The notes beneath the pieces are model-generated. The model was not told where the DNA came from, ran no database searches, and saw only the letters and a list, made by a program, of their open reading frames with translations. A program made the translations under genes and the position numbers. DNA of 64,000 bases, from contig NC_081359.1 of NCBI RefSeq assembly GCF_030684315.1, forward strand, positions 72,774,283 through 72,838,282. Direction: 5' to 3'. Every line of letters begins with the position of its first letter. The first letter of the stretch is position 1. Of the stretch, positions 13,894-25,912 are shown in pieces. The stretch is from Stegostoma tigrinum. Lineage: Eukaryota.

Positions 13894-13967
13894 GGTTGCT
13901 TAGCTCAGCTGGTAAGAACATGGTGATAATAGCGCCAAGGTCACGGGTTCAATCCCCATATTACCCA
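13894..13967 (+). pseudogene. tRNA-Ile(AAT) pseudogene or SINE head
   Basis: ttagctcagctggtaagaacatggtgatAATagcgccaaggtcacgggttcaatcccc closely matches vertebrate tRNA-Ile-AAT; acceptor stem broken, CpG-type transitions. Confidence 0.75.
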
Positions 13968-14094
13968 AGTCTGTACATGTCTGGCCACAAGTTTAATGCC
14001 TTGTGTTTTGGCTGAAAGCTTGCATTGCGGTCTCTACTTTTCCCTTCACTGTCTGCATGCAACTGAGATATGTCATAGGAAATTTTTGTGCAAA

Positions 14095-14178
14095 TCCTGT
14101 GGTGCAGTGGTAATGCCCCTGCCTCTGAACCAAGAGGTGCAGGTTCAAATCTCACCTACTCCAGAGAGGTGTCACAAG
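14095..14178 (+). mobile_element. Family X tRNA-derived SINE
   Basis: tgtggtgcagtggtaatgcccctgcctctgaacc..ggttcaaatctcacct..ccagagaggtgtca. Confidence 0.6.
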
Positions 14179-14183
14179 ATTAG

Positions 14184-14505
14184 GGGCGGCACAGTGGCCC
14201 AGTGGCTAGCATGACTGCCTCACAGTGCCAGGGGCCCACTCTCGGGTGACTGTTTGTGTGGAGCTTGTATATTCTGCATGGGTCTCCTCTGGGTGCTCTG
14301 GTTTCCTCTCACAGTCCAAAGATGTGCAGGTTAGTTGGATTTGCCAAATTTCCCATGAGTCCAGGGGCATGTAAATTAGGTGGTTTAGACATGGGAAATG
14401 CAGGATTGCAGGGAAAGGGTTGGGGATGGCTCTGGGTGGAATGTTCTTCGGGATAGCAGAGCAAATCTGCTGGGCTGAATGGCCTGTAGGGATTCTATGC
14501 CATTT
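14184..14505 (+). mobile_element. HE1-like V-SINE
   Basis: gggcggcacagtggcccagtggctagc head; V-domain ggtttcctctcacagtccaaagatgtgcaggttag; CR1-like tail gggctgaatggcctgtagggattctatg. Confidence 0.85.
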
Positions 14506-14649
14506 TATGAAAAGAAACAGAGTTAATGTTTCAGGTTCAAAGAGCCTCTTCAGAACTGACTGTGCCTGGGAAAGGGTTGGTATATATGCTGGAGATGGTG
14601 GGGAGTGAGGAATGGTGAGGGGTGAAGAGGTAAAGGATAGATGGAGCCT

Positions 14650-14650
<1 letters not shown>

Positions 14651-14690
<40 letters not shown>
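14651..14690. repeat. (GA)n microsatellite
   Basis: About 20 GA units with one interruption. Confidence 0.9.
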
Positions 14691-15159
14691 AAACATACGG
14701 GCGGACAAAGGAATGTGTAAAGGTCAGACTGGGAGAATCAATAGTTGCTAATGTGGACCATTAGTGGCTAACAATGGGTTGTGTCTGATGGCAGCCCATG
14801 TGATGATAAGAACTGGTGTCTGGGGGCCTGAGTAAGGGAGAAGATGTTCAAGTCCTAAAAGTGTTGAACTCAATATTTTGACTGCAGAAGTCTGCAGGGT
14901 TCCCAAATGGAATATGAGATGCTCTTCTAGTTTGCACTGAGCATTGCTGGAGCACTGTAACAAGCCAGAGACAGAGGTTTTGGCCAGGGAGCATAGTGGT
15001 GTGTTGAAATGGCGGGCAACTGGAAGCTCAGGGTCATTTTTGTGGACAGAATGTAGGTGCTCTGTAAAGCAGTCATCCCATCTCCCCTTCATCTCCCTGT
15101 ATAGAGACCACAGTGTGAACAGTGAATAGAATAGACTACATTGAGTGAAGTGAATCTGG

Positions 15160-15946
15160 ATTAATGTGAGGTATTGCATTTAGGTACAACAAACAAGGGG
15201 GGGGCTTACACAATTAATGGTAGGGTCTTGGGTAAAGTTTGTAGAACTGAGGGACCTAGGGGAGCAGTTACATACTTCCTTAAAGTTTGCATCACATACA
15301 GACAGGATGGTTAAAAAGGTGTTTGTCACGCTTGCCTTCATTACTCAGTCCTTTGAGTACAGGAGTGGGGAAGTCGTGTTGAGGTTGTACAGGACATTGG
15401 TGAGACCTCTTCTGGAATGTTGTGTACAGTGCTGGTCACTCAGTTATAGGAAGAATGTTATCAAGCTGGAGAGGGTTCAGAAGAGATTTACCGGGATGTT
15501 GCCAGGTGTGGAAGTTTAACTTATAAGGAAAGGCTGGATAGGCTGGGACTTTTTTCACTGGAGCGTAGGAAGTTAAGAGGTGACTTGATAGAAGGTTAAG
15601 AATAATGAGAGGTATAGATAGAGTTGATGGATGTTGTCTTTTCCCTAAAATGGGGAATTTGAAGACATTTTTAAGGTGAGAGGAGAGAGATTTAAAAAAA
15701 AAGACATAACAGGCAAATCTTTTACCCAGAAGGTGGTTTGCATGTGGAATGAACTTTCTGATGAAATGGTGGATGTGGGTTCAATCACAATGTTTAAAAG
15801 ACATTTGGATGGATATGTGAATAGGAAAGGTTTGGAGGGACATGGGCGAGGAGCAGGCAGGTGGGACTTGTTTTGTTTGGGATTATGTTCGGCATGGACT
15901 GGTTAGACCAAAGGGTCTGTTTCCATGCTGTATTACTCTATGACTG
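15160..15946 (+). mobile_element. 5'-truncated CR1/HER1 LINE inserted into the PLE
   Basis: LYRTLVRPLLECCVQCWS..KLERVQKRFTGMLPG; FTQKVVCMWNEL; tail ctgtattactctatgact; PLE endonuclease frame continues on both sides. Confidence 0.9.
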
Positions 15947-16360
15947 TATGTGCAGGTCAGTCACTGCTTCACCTGGATGATGTGTCTGGGGCCTTGGATA
16001 GTGAGGAGGGAGGAAGTAAGCGGGCAGTTATTACACTTTCTGCTATTGCATGGGGGGTGCCGTGGCAGTGTGGAGAGATATTGGGAGTTGAGGATGAATG
16101 GACCAAGGTGTCTGGGAGGGAACAATCCCTGTGAAAGGCTGAGAAGGAAGGGAGGAGAATATGTGTCTGGTGGTGATAAAGATGGTCTGATCAGGATAGG
16201 TAGAAATCAAAGCAATCAAAGATGATCAAGGAGCTGAACAAAGAATAGTGTCAGAGGATAACCATATGATCGACTGTATTAAAGCGCTCAGAGAGATCAC
16301 GGAGGATAAAAAGGGATAGCTTAGCATGCTGACACTTCAACAATGTTGTTTTTGAAAGAC

Positions 16361-16675
16361 TAGATTAGATTCCCTACTGTGCTGAAACAGGCCCTTCGGC
16401 CCAACAAGTCCACACTGCCCCGTGGAGCATCCCACCCAGTCCTATCTCCCTATAACCCACACGCCTCTGAATACTACGGGCAATTTAGCATGGCCAATCC
16501 ACCTAACCTGCACATCTTTGGACTGTGGGAGGAAACCAGAGCACCCAGAGGAAACCCACACAGACACAGGGAGAATGTGCAAACTCCACACAGATGGTTA
16601 CCCGAGGCTGGAATCAAACCTGGGTCCCTGGTGCTGTGGGGCAGCATTGCTAACCACTGAGCCACCGTGACGCCC
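16361..16675 (-). mobile_element. HE1-like V-SINE
   Basis: Reverse complement gggcgtcacggtggctcagtggttagca..V-domain..gggccgaagggcctgtttc..gtagggaatctaatcta. Confidence 0.88.
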
Positions 16676-16724
16676 TACTGTGTTTGTGGCATGAGTTTAG
16701 GATGTTTTGGTAACAATAGATGTA

Positions 16725-16848
16725 CCTGGAAATCTGAAACAAAAACAGAGAAACTGAGTAGGTCTGGCAACATCCATTGATAGAAAGAAGAGTTAATGTT
16801 CAAGTCCAATGACCCTTCTCAGTTTCTCCAGCAATTTCGATTTTTGTG
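16725..16848. mobile_element. Degenerate PLE-terminus-derived inverted element
   Basis: ctggaaatctgaaacaaaaacagag..agagttaatgttcaagtccaatgacccttctcag (reverse-complement hammerhead) then a short fold-back arm. Confidence 0.6.
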
Positions 16849-16879
16849 TACAGCAGCCATGGTGGAAATCCTCTAAACT

Positions 16880-18520
16880 GGACTTTCTTTGAAGAATGGA
16901 TGGAGAGAACAGCAGTTGTTAAGAGCCATGAAATCTGGAACCACACCCAGCAGTGCACCTATGAAGAATGAGAAGAGTGTTGCAGCTTTTTCATGGGCAA
17001 ATTGCAATGGGTCTCAATGCATGAAGGGATAAGGTAGGCAGGTGGAAGATTTAAATGATCTAGTAGCAAATTCCTCATTCATGCACATGACATGTATCTC
17101 TCTTGGTGCCAGCATCCTCCAGGTCCCTTGCAAGTGGTTAGAAGCTCCCAGCATGTGACTAAGAGATGCCAACTGAACAGCAATTGATCAGATTATGCAG
17201 AATCACTCTATCCTTTTCCTTGCAGGAGAAAAGTGTTCAAAACTCCTGTGAAAGGTTGAAGACAGTGGATATATGAACCCTGATAGTCACTGAGGTGGTG
17301 AGAGAAAGCTGGGTGATTTGGGTGATGGTGTGATCAGGAGACTTCAAGCTTGGTGGAAAGTAAGTAGACAATGGATGTGAGTATTGAGCAGAAGGGCTTC
17401 AGTTCTTTGTGTTCTTCCATTCAGATATCTGTACTCTGAGAGAATCGATTACTGCCTTGAATGTACTTTCTCAGGTGTCTGAGTACATAGATAGGTTGGT
17501 GAAGGAATTCCTGGTTCAGCTAATAATTCAGTGGCTGCCAGATATGTGTGTAGACTTCCACTTTGGCCTCGAGTTGTACATGACAGAGGACAGGCAAGAG
17601 GGGTTCAATGTGCCTGTACTCTCCTTCAGGCATCACTGCCCCTCCAGTAGGTAGGGAGAAGTAGCAGCTGGCCATAACCTGGGGCTCCCCAGGAACGTAC
17701 AGGTATTTTCAGCACCTCTGCCGGTGACCCGACTGCATCCCATGGCATCAGCTACGGAGGATCCAATTGCATCAGTGCAGAAGTCCTCTAGATCTCAGCA
17801 ACCAGCTGGACAGCAGTCAAAATCAGCTTAGGCTATGGCTATCACAGTCTGCACCTTAACTGCAGTTAGCAGGGCTACACTTGATCAGAGCACTTGGAAG
17901 CATTAGACCGAGCACCTAGCAGCACTGGGGTGACACAGATATTTAAATTTTAAATGTTATTGTGTGTATCATTAAGTTGCCTTGATACATTTGTTTCTGT
18001 ATCCTTTGTTGGAAATGTGAATTCTTGGACTCTCATGTGCTTGTTTATCAGTTTGACAGTGAAGTCTGGTCAGACCCATGTCTGCGGCATGGGGCTGAGG
18101 GAGGCTGAGCAACAGATGCTGTTAAGTCTAAGTGATTGTCTTGTAGGGGCAAGTTGGTCTTTTGGTGGTACGAAACAGACATCTCAGGGGCTTCAAGCTT
18201 TACTTTAAAGAAGCAGCTGAAAATTCAGTATCACTAGCCTCCAAAGCACATGTGCTGCTGGCTTGCCAATGTTGCCGTCCCGTCTCCTTTGCACTATCGA
18301 GAGGCTGGAATCACATCCAGGTCCTCTGGGTGCGAGACCTCACCCATCCTCTTCATTAGGTTATGTGAAGTGCAGCAGCCAATTCTGATCCAGGAGACTC
18401 TCCCTGGTCATATTGCAACACCCCTCTGGAACGCAGCTTGAGCAGCCTCAACTGTCTTTTGATTGTTACCTATGTTGACCTCTGGCAGGCATTGTGTCAT
18501 TTTTCAGCTCCAGTGTAAAG
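16880..18520. mobile_element. PIF/Harbinger DNA transposon remnant
   Basis: Minus 18350-18450 reads LKLRSRGVLQY..RVSWIRIGCCTSHNL (HARBI1-like C-terminus); plus ~17220 QEKSVQNSCERLKT resembles the Myb/SANT partner HN..R.KTGGG segment. Confidence 0.5.
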
Positions 18521-18729
18521 GAGCCCCACCAGCGTCAGCTGCCATATATGACTCCAGCACTGAGAATCTATCCTCGGAAGGCACAAACACACACTTCAGG
18601 AGTGCTCCCACTGACAAAATAATTTCAGACTGCTCTAAAGTCACAGGGGTGAAAGTAATTTTATACTGTATCCGCGGAAAGCTTGCAGTGGCCCCAAAGG
18701 CAATATACCATTTTTTTGTCATAATAGAT

Positions 18730-18970
18730 GGGTGGCTCAGTGGTTAGCACTACTGCATCTCAGCACTGGGTCACATTCTTCTTCTGGCTGCACCAGTTTC
18801 CTCCCACAGTCCAAAGGTATGCAGGTCAGGTAGAGTGGCTGTGTTAAATTGCCCCATGGAGTAGAGGGATAGCTGGGTAGGTGGGTTAACTATGGTAAAC
18901 ATTGGGTTCCAGGGATAGGGCAGGAAGCTCTTGGGCCAAATGGCCTTTATCTAGTCTGGAGGAATTCTGA
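18730..18970 (+). mobile_element. Internally deleted HE1-like V-SINE
   Basis: ggtggctcagtggttagcactactgc..tttcctcccacagtccaaagg..taaattgcccc. Confidence 0.75.
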
Positions 18971-19204
18971 GATAGATGTTACCATGAAATCCCCTCTAGG
19001 CCTGGCCCTTGCTAAGATCTTCATTGGATTCTGTTAGAATCATATCCTTAATTGTATGACCACTAACCAACTACCCCACATATTTCTGATATGTGGATGG
19101 TATGCTTGCCATATTTAAATCAACAACTGCAAGGATTTATTTTAATTACTCCTTAATAGACCTGGAGTCTGTTTTGTGGAGCACCTGCACTCAGTATGTG
19201 ATAA

Positions 19205-19660
19205 CAACACCACCTTACGTCACCAACCATTTTAATTTCCCTTCCCACTCCCAGGGAAGGCATGCCCCTCCTAGCCTCCTCTATCACCCCAATGACACCA
19301 CACACAAACTGGAAGAGTACACAGAGGACACCTCGCATTATGATTCATAAGCCCACAAGCATTCACCAGTTTTAAAATCTCCCCACTCTCAGCCTCATCC
19401 ATGTCCAACTGTCCTTATCATTCCCACTCCTCCCACCTATCCACACCACCCATCCCACTGACCGAGCCCACCTGCATTCACCTAATCTCTCTTCTGTCTT
19501 TCATTTTCCCAGCTCCCTCCCCCCGCTTCCCATTTCCTGAATAAGGGTTCCGACCTGAAATGTCAGCTTTCCTGCTCCTATGATGTTGCCTAGTCTGCTG
19601 TGTTCCTTTAACTCCACACTGCATTGTTTCTTACAAGAACTGCAGATGCTAGTGTTATCT
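19205..19660 (+). mobile_element. Penelope-like element 3' fragment
   Basis: VTNHFNFPSHS, C-rich 3' region, decayed hammerhead CTGAATA(19537)agggttccgacctGAAATGTCagcttt and tail homologous to 37055-37720. Confidence 0.75.
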
Positions 19661-19989
19661 CTTAATTAACTTCATCCCTCTGGTCAAAAATGTAACCACC
19701 CAAAAACAAAATGGAAAATCCAAAAAGTCCCCTTCAAGCAACAAAGGGAGGTAGGCTCTCCAACTGCTATCCAGTTACAAACTTGATGTTCATTGATCAA
19801 GATACAGAAGTACTGTAGGAATTCTGTTCTATAAGATCAGCCTCAATAACCTTGTGAGAAGTACCCTAGCCATCTGCTCACTGAGTTATGTAAAAACATA
19901 ACTGCACATAATGACTACCCTGATCAAGTCACTCACTGTATAAAATACAAGTTAAATAAAAAAAATCTCAAGTTTCTAGAGCATTTGGT

Positions 19990-21570
19990 TCCATTATAAA
20001 AAGTAATGAAGGTAGAGGTAGCTGGAGAAAAGTTTAGCAGCATTGATGGGATAAACAATGGTATATTTAAAAAGGCTCAAGGCATCCCAGCGAGAAAAGT
20101 TCTAGGAAGGGATGAACTGGTCAAGAGTGATGAACTGGTCAAGAGTAACCAAGTTAGTTAAGAATAGGATTGATATTGAAAGAAAGAACGAACAAACAAA
20201 ACAAAAAGCCAGCAGATTAGTGAAGTTTTGATCCCAAAAAAGGGAAAAAAAAACAAAAAGGGAAGTAAAATGCCAGTAAACGTAGGTTTTTAAAAAAAAA
20301 GTTCAGATAGGCCCTTCAGAGAACAAGGCGAAGAGGAAATAATTGGGATCCAGGAAGTGGCAGAAGAATTGCATAAGTACTTTCCATCAGCAGATACTAA
20401 TAGCACTCCAAAATTGCTAACTTGTCAAGGAGCAAAAAGGGAAAGGAAATGCAATAACTATTAGAGGAAATGTTAGGGAAGCTAAGTGGACCTGAAGGAC
20501 CAATAAGCCTCCATTCTGAGGGTCACCAGACCAGAAACATTAACTGATTTTCACAGATGCTACCAGATCTTACCAGATCTGTGGAGCTTTTCCAGCAGTT
20601 TCGTTTTTGTTTGAAAAGTTTCCAGACATGACTGGATGCACCCTAGGCTATGAAAGGAATTAGCTACCAGGTTAATGGATGCTTTGGCAGTAGAGTTTAA
20701 AAAGTCCTTCAATTTGGAAAATGTCCCAAATAATTATAAACCAACTACACAACCCCTTTATTTTAGTAAAGAGGGAAAGAGCTTAGACTTTTGGTTTACT
20801 ATTAAAAAGATGAAATAGCAGAACATGTCGAAACCTACATGAGCAAGCAGAATCAGTATGATCAAGGGGAGAAGGAGAATGAAGCGGAGCTCATTTATTC
20901 CTGTTTCTTACTGCTGCAAGAACAGTATGGATATAAAGGAAAAGAAAATGCAAGTAAAATATTTGGATTTACAGGTAGTGTTTGATAAGGCACCATGTTA
21001 AGCTAATTAGTGACTGAAAATTCAGAACAAAAGTTATGTTAGCATCAATAGAAGATTGTTGATTAGAGCTAAGATAGGGAGCATTTTCAGGATAGCAACC
21101 TATAGCTAGGGGAGTACCTGTGGAATGCATGCTAGGATCAACATTTTTCCAATGCATTAAATAACTTTAATGAGGAACGTGAGTACTCTAGCCAAGTTTA
21201 AAAGAGATGGGATAGACTATTTGGTAATTAGATGAATATTTGGTACATTAAGTGAGGTAAAAAAGGAGATATATTTGGCAGTAAGAATGCAATGAATGCT
21301 ATTTAAAAAATGGAGATGCAGAAATCAGGAGACCTCATCCAGGATGGTTGTAAAGCTAATACACAAATTCAGGTATTAGGGAAGATGAATGGAATATTAA
21401 AATGAATATTGAAATAAAGGCCAAATGGAATTGCATTTGAGTAGCAAGGTCTTACTAAAAGAAAAACAAACAAACTACACAAGGCCTTGAATTACATTTG
21501 TAATACTCAGTTGGGGGTCCCCTTAACCAAGGAGGTGGACACAGGCATTAGAAGCAGTCCAGACAACATT
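19990..21570 (+). mobile_element. Highly degenerate CR1 LINE
   Basis: Remnants ttggatttacaggtagtgtttgataaggcacca (DF..FDKAP), ggagtacctgtggaatgcatgctagg (GVP..MLG) and ttagaagcagtccagac. Confidence 0.6.
20513..20612 (+). mobile_element. PLE-terminus-derived short element
   Basis: ttCTGAGggtcaccagaccaGAAACATTaactg..cacagatgctaccaga..gagcttttccagcagtttcgtttttgttt. Confidence 0.7.
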
Positions 21571-21809
21571 AGAGTTGAACCTGTGTATATGAACTGAAAC
21601 TTCAGTAAACTGGTTGACAGCTGTCTTGTCTGTTCTTCATATTTAAAAAAATCTTGCAAAGAACACCAGTCATGAATGCCTCAGTAACTTGCTGAGGGCC
21701 ACCAGGCCAGGTTTCATTTGGATCAGAATGGTCCAATACTGCCATCAATAGAATTATAACCTCTGTTAATAACAATGTAAATCTAGGAGTATTAAGTTAG
21801 AAAGACTGT

Positions 21810-22150
21810 ATGAGGCATTTGGGAAATTGCTGACCAGGCTGGCATTTTATTTTATTCCCAGACATTACTTGCCTACTTGCCTTTGAACAGATTGAAGTGG
21901 CCTAGAACCATATTTAGGTTGGATTGGGTAATGATTGCAGATGCTGTCCTAGAGACTAACGTCTTAAATGTTTAAAGGACTAATGGCCAAGATGGGGTTT
22001 CCTGGATGTGAAAAAAAGGTAACCATTAAGTTTTAAACTCTAGGATTAAAGTTTTACCATGCCTTGATGGGATTCAAACCTATGTTTCCAGACTAGCAGC
22101 TTGGAGTTCAGGATTACTAGTCCAGTGATATTGCTATGCCACTGCAGCCC
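21810..22150 (-). mobile_element. Degenerate Deu-domain SINE (SacSINE1-like)
   Basis: ggattactagtccagtga and gggattcaaacc (tRNA head on minus); homologous to 28095 and 59650. Confidence 0.55.
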
Positions 22151-22310
22151 CCCACTTCACACAAAAAGGGGGAATTTATACTCAACCACAAAAACCTGTA
22201 TGTTTATTCAGAAATTGAAATCAATTTCTTCCACTTTTAAATACAGTGACAGACCAATAGCATGAAGGTTGCTGGGCAGAATGAGATCAGAACATTATGC
22301 ATTTGCAACT

Positions 22311-22438
22311 CAGATAATGGGAACTGCAGATGCTGGAGAATCCAACATAACAAAGTGGTTGAACATAGCAGGCCAAGCAGCATCTCAGATCCTGATATGC
22401 TGCTTGACTTGCTGTGTTCATCCAGCTTCACTTTGTTA
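22311..22438. mobile_element. PLE-terminus-derived mini palindrome (family A)
   Basis: tgaacatagcaggccaagcagcatctcag / ctgatatgctgcttgacttgctgtgttca inverted arms; atgcatttgc on both flanks. Confidence 0.75.
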
Positions 22439-24203
22439 GCATGCATTTGCTGTTGTTCGCTTAAGACACATGGGGTGTACTTTCACCTACTGACCAGAAG
22501 ATGGCAGCCTGCACCATCACCAGTCACAGGTTGGGGAAACTGGCAATAAGATAGCTCAATGAGCTTCTTTCAGACATCAGTACCATGTCACTGGAGTCCA
22601 AGAAACAAACATCCCGAATACTGCTTCTTCGAACTCACTGGAGAACACTAGAGCAAAAATATTGCTTTCAAAGCTAGATAGTAATCCACGAGCACTAAGC
22701 CTCATGAAACTAGTTTGTACTGACAATTGCATTTTGTTAAAAGGGAAATTTAAATTTGTTACAGGGTGCAAGTTTAGATTTTTAATAAGTGCTCCAAATT
22801 CTACCAAAGTGAGAAGCATAGTGCCAAAACCTCAAAAGGTCATTGATAGAGGTAGCAGGTTTAAAAAAGTTAAATGCAGAGAGTAATTGCAGTGGGAAAG
22901 ACAAAACAGGGGTAAAACTTTAAAAAAGTGCAGGAAGGAGCAGAGGGGCCTGGGGGTGCATGTACACAAAAAAAAACCGAAGAATTATGCTATAGATGCA
23001 AGAAAGGTTGCATTCATCTTAACAAGATGAGAGTTTGGCTTCAGGAATAAGAGGTACCCTAGTTCAGGCGCTGAATTTCAATGCCTTGATGACCATGTAG
23101 ACAAATTGTGTTCTGATAAGGCATGGGCTTTAAGAGGCCTTTAAACACCACCTCATTAAAAACCTAGATTATATAGCTGCTACACTTGAACAACATCTTC
23201 AGCTTTTTCTTTTAAAGAAAAAAAAACTTATTCTAGTAGGAACAAGTTAATGGACATAGACTCTGGGATCTGAGTTTAACTTTTAAAGTCACCAGGAATT
23301 TATGAAGCTTGCCCTCTGCTTTTGCCTAGAGTTGCATTCAGGTTAGCCTACAGCAGTCTAATTTGCATTGGGGCTGCTTAGTCATTTTTAATTACTTCAC
23401 TTGCTTTGTTCAAAAAGCATTACATATTCAATAATGCTAGTAACTGTCCACCAGAAACAGTACTATGTTACTGTAATTAGTAGCAGCTCAAGTAACTTGG
23501 GCTCTTGATCTTAGAATTCTCCGGCTCTAGTTCCAACAACATCCTGGAAGGCATTCTGAGCTCCTGTTAAGTGCAGTACTTACCAACAGCCTTCTGGGAA
23601 AAGGGTAATGGCAGTTATTTTAATGGTATCTAATCCCCACAAAACCTTTGCATCCCTGTCTGGTTGTGTATTTTCCCCCCCAATAAAGGTTGAAACAGGT
23701 TTTCCCAATTTGTATTCACACTATGGACAGGACACAAACACAAGACAGCTTCAGAAAGCTTTTAGCTAGAGGAATTATACAGGTGGGAAATAGTTTGCTT
23801 TTAAAGCATGGGCCTCAAGTGCAAGTTATACAAGTCTGGCCCTAGGGGCTGATTGATTCCAAGCTAGAGTGGTGTTCCCATACACTTCCTTCAGCTGTTG
23901 GAGGGAAGGGGGTGTGGAGAAAAAGGGAGTGAGTAAGTTAGTTAAAAATAAGTCAATCCTGGAACTCCAGGAGCACCAAGACTGTAGTTTAGTGGGTTTC
24001 TCATTCATTAGAATGAAAGAAGAAACCCTAGATACCAAAACTTCCTGGGCCATACGTGATGAGGCAGCTAATCTTTCTGGAAAGAAAAAAGCAAGCAAAC
24101 GTCAGTTATTTCTACTGCAATTAAGAAGTTGCCATCCTTGGTCAACAGGGATCCAACGACCAACTAAGCACAGTGAGGTAATCAGGGCAGTGAGGAGTAC
24201 AAG

Positions 24204-24290
24204 AGATAATGGGAACTGCAGATGCTGGAGATTCCAAGATAATAAAATGTGAGGCTGGATGAACACAGCAGGCCAAGCAGCATCTCAGGA
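24204..24290 (-). mobile_element. Young truncated PLE terminus (family A)
   Basis: Near-identical to the 54489 element; TSD aggagtacaag at 24193-24203 and 24287-24297. Confidence 0.85.
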
Positions 24291-24337
24291 GTACAAGTCC
24301 GAATTTGTTTGAGAATGAAGTCATCAAGAGACCATGC

Positions 24338-24470
24338 AAAAAGCAAAGAAGTAGCTGGAAAAGCTCACCAGGGCTGACAGCATCTGTGGAGATTTCCAAA
24401 AAAAAAAATCAGTTCACGTTAACTGCTTCTCTCCACAGATGCTGCCAGACCCGATGAGCTTTTCCAGCCT
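24338..24470. mobile_element. PLE-terminus-derived mini palindrome (family B)
   Basis: gctggaaaagctca..cagcatctgtggaga / tctccacagatgctg..tgagcttttccagc. Confidence 0.7.
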
Positions 24471-24590
24471 TCGCCGTTCAGCTTTCAGAAAGAATGTTCT
24501 GAAGGTTGATTACTTCAGAGACACAACTGCAAGTGATTTATTTAGGGTTAGAAATATCCTCACCGACGACATGCAATACTATTAAACGAT

Positions 24591-24596
24591 TTTATT
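24591..24596 (-). terminator. Candidate polyadenylation signal of the beta connexin
   Basis: TTTATT on +, ~490 nt past the stop and just before repeats resume. Confidence 0.55.
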
Positions 24597-25088
24597 GCTT
24601 TAAAAAAGTACAGAAAGCTGCGAATTCGTAGCAGCGCGCGCCACCCGGTGCTCACAGGCAAAAAATTCTTCGTAACAAATATTGACACTGGGCAGCGCGT
24701 TTGATACAATATTAAACACTTCACGGACACAACGCTAAGTGGCAACAGTTAACTACTGTAACAGTTGTGGAGGTGCATTTGGTAGAGTTAATCCACTGGC
24801 AGTGATAGCCACTGAGGGGGGGGGGGGGAAGAATCCAATTGAACTGCAGCTGGTTTCACTGTTCACTACTTAGGGTGAATTAATAGCTGACAGCTTCGGG
24901 AGCGCAACAATCACGAAGTGTGGCTAATTAGTGCAAATTGTGCGTTTGGGCTAAACTTCCTGCTCTTTTAAAAAAAGTGTCGGCTGAAAATTGATAGAAA
25001 GGGGAAAACGTTCAACTGGAAAACATCGGTCACAGTTTACCACGATACAATGTTTGAGAAGTCACGGTGCAAAAACAGAGCTGCCCAC

Positions 25089-25877
25089 TCAGGATGTTTT
25101 GTTCAGCTCCATGGCCATCTTGTGTTTGGCGTCAACGGACAGGAGTTCGTTCATTTCGTTTTGTTGGTGCTCTCTGCTCCTGGAGACGTGGTGGGGGTGG
25201 TGCGTGCGGCGGGACTGCCTCACACAAGCTTTCACCAACAAATAGAACAGCTCGGCCACATTCAGGAGGCCGCAGACCCCGGACACCACCGTCATGAAGA
25301 TGATGAACACAGTCTTCTCGGTGGGTCTAGAAATGAAGCAGTCCACGGTATTGGGACAGGGGGAGGCGCTACACTTCACCAGCCGGGCCATCTGAAAGCC
25401 ACCGTAGAGGAAGTACAGCATGTAAGTGAAAACCGTCTCGAACAGGATGCGAAAGATGATGCTGGTGACATAGGTCCACCAGAAAGCACCAACAATCCGC
25501 ATTTTCTGCTTCCTCAGGGCATCCACTTCCTCCTGCTTCAGGAAGCCCTGCCGTTTCTCCATGCATTTCTTCTCTTCGTGCTGTTTATAGGCAACGTGCA
25601 GCGACACCAGGAGGGCAGGGGTGGAGATAAAGATCACTTGCAGACACCAGAGTCGGATGTGAGACATAGGGAAAAACTGATCATAGCACACGTTCTTGCA
25701 GCCGGGCTGCAGAGTATTGCAGACAAAATCGGACTGCTCGTCTCCCCAGACACTCTCGGCCGCTACCACCAGAATCATGATTCTGAAAACGAAGATCACA
25801 GACAGCCAGATTTTCCCGATGCTAGTGGAGTGTCTGTTGACGCCTCCCAGGATCAGGTGCAGTTGTCCCCAGTTCAT
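25089..25877 (-). CDS. gjb2: Gap junction beta protein, Cx26/Cx30 (GJB2/GJB6) type, 262 aa
   Basis: [57 protein letters not shown]; C-tail QNEMNELLS as in Cx30; synteny with gja3. Symbol is best read as a gjb2/gjb6 co-orthologue. Confidence 0.9.
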   Translation of the reverse strand: MNWGQLHLILGGVNRHSTSIGKIWLSVIFVFRIMILVVAAESVWGDEQSDFVCNTLQPGCKNVCYDQFFPMSHIRLWCLQVIFISTPALLVSLHVAYKQHEEKKCMEKRQGFLKQEEVDALRKQKMRIVGAFWWTYVTSIIFRILFETVFTYMLYFLYGGFQMARLVKCSASPCPNTVDCFISRPTEKTVFIIFMTVVSGVCGLLNVAELFYLLVKACVRQSRRTHHPHHVSRSREHQQNEMNELLSVDAKHKMAMELNKTS

Positions 25878-25896
25878 CTCTCGAACTCAGTCAGAC

Positions 25897-25912
25897 CTGA
25901 GGAGGAAGGCGG
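25897..25912 (-). promoter_or_regulatory. Splice acceptor of the beta connexin coding exon
   Basis: Minus ccttcctcctcag|gtctgactgagttcgagagATG; exon starts at 25896, 19 nt before the ATG. Confidence 0.8.

Larger units (their letters stand above)
13765..16190 (-). mobile_element. Penelope-like element 3' region (GIY-YIG endonuclease plus terminal repeat), interrupted by SINEs and CR1
   Basis: Minus strand TSLNVVYSIHCSHCGLYTG (GIY-YIG motif) and FTEHLHSVHKNDPELPVARHFN..LEEHLIFHLGTLQ; hammerhead-like agttCTGAAGA..GAAACATTaactct at 14519-14558; terminal part at 13765-13830. Confidence 0.8.

Noticed and set aside
13894-13967. Functional tRNA-Ile gene
   Set aside because: Acceptor stem cannot pair; D- and T-arm substitutions
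20111-20146. Exact 18-bp tandem duplication gatgaactggtcaagagt
   Set aside because: Local slippage within a dead LINE
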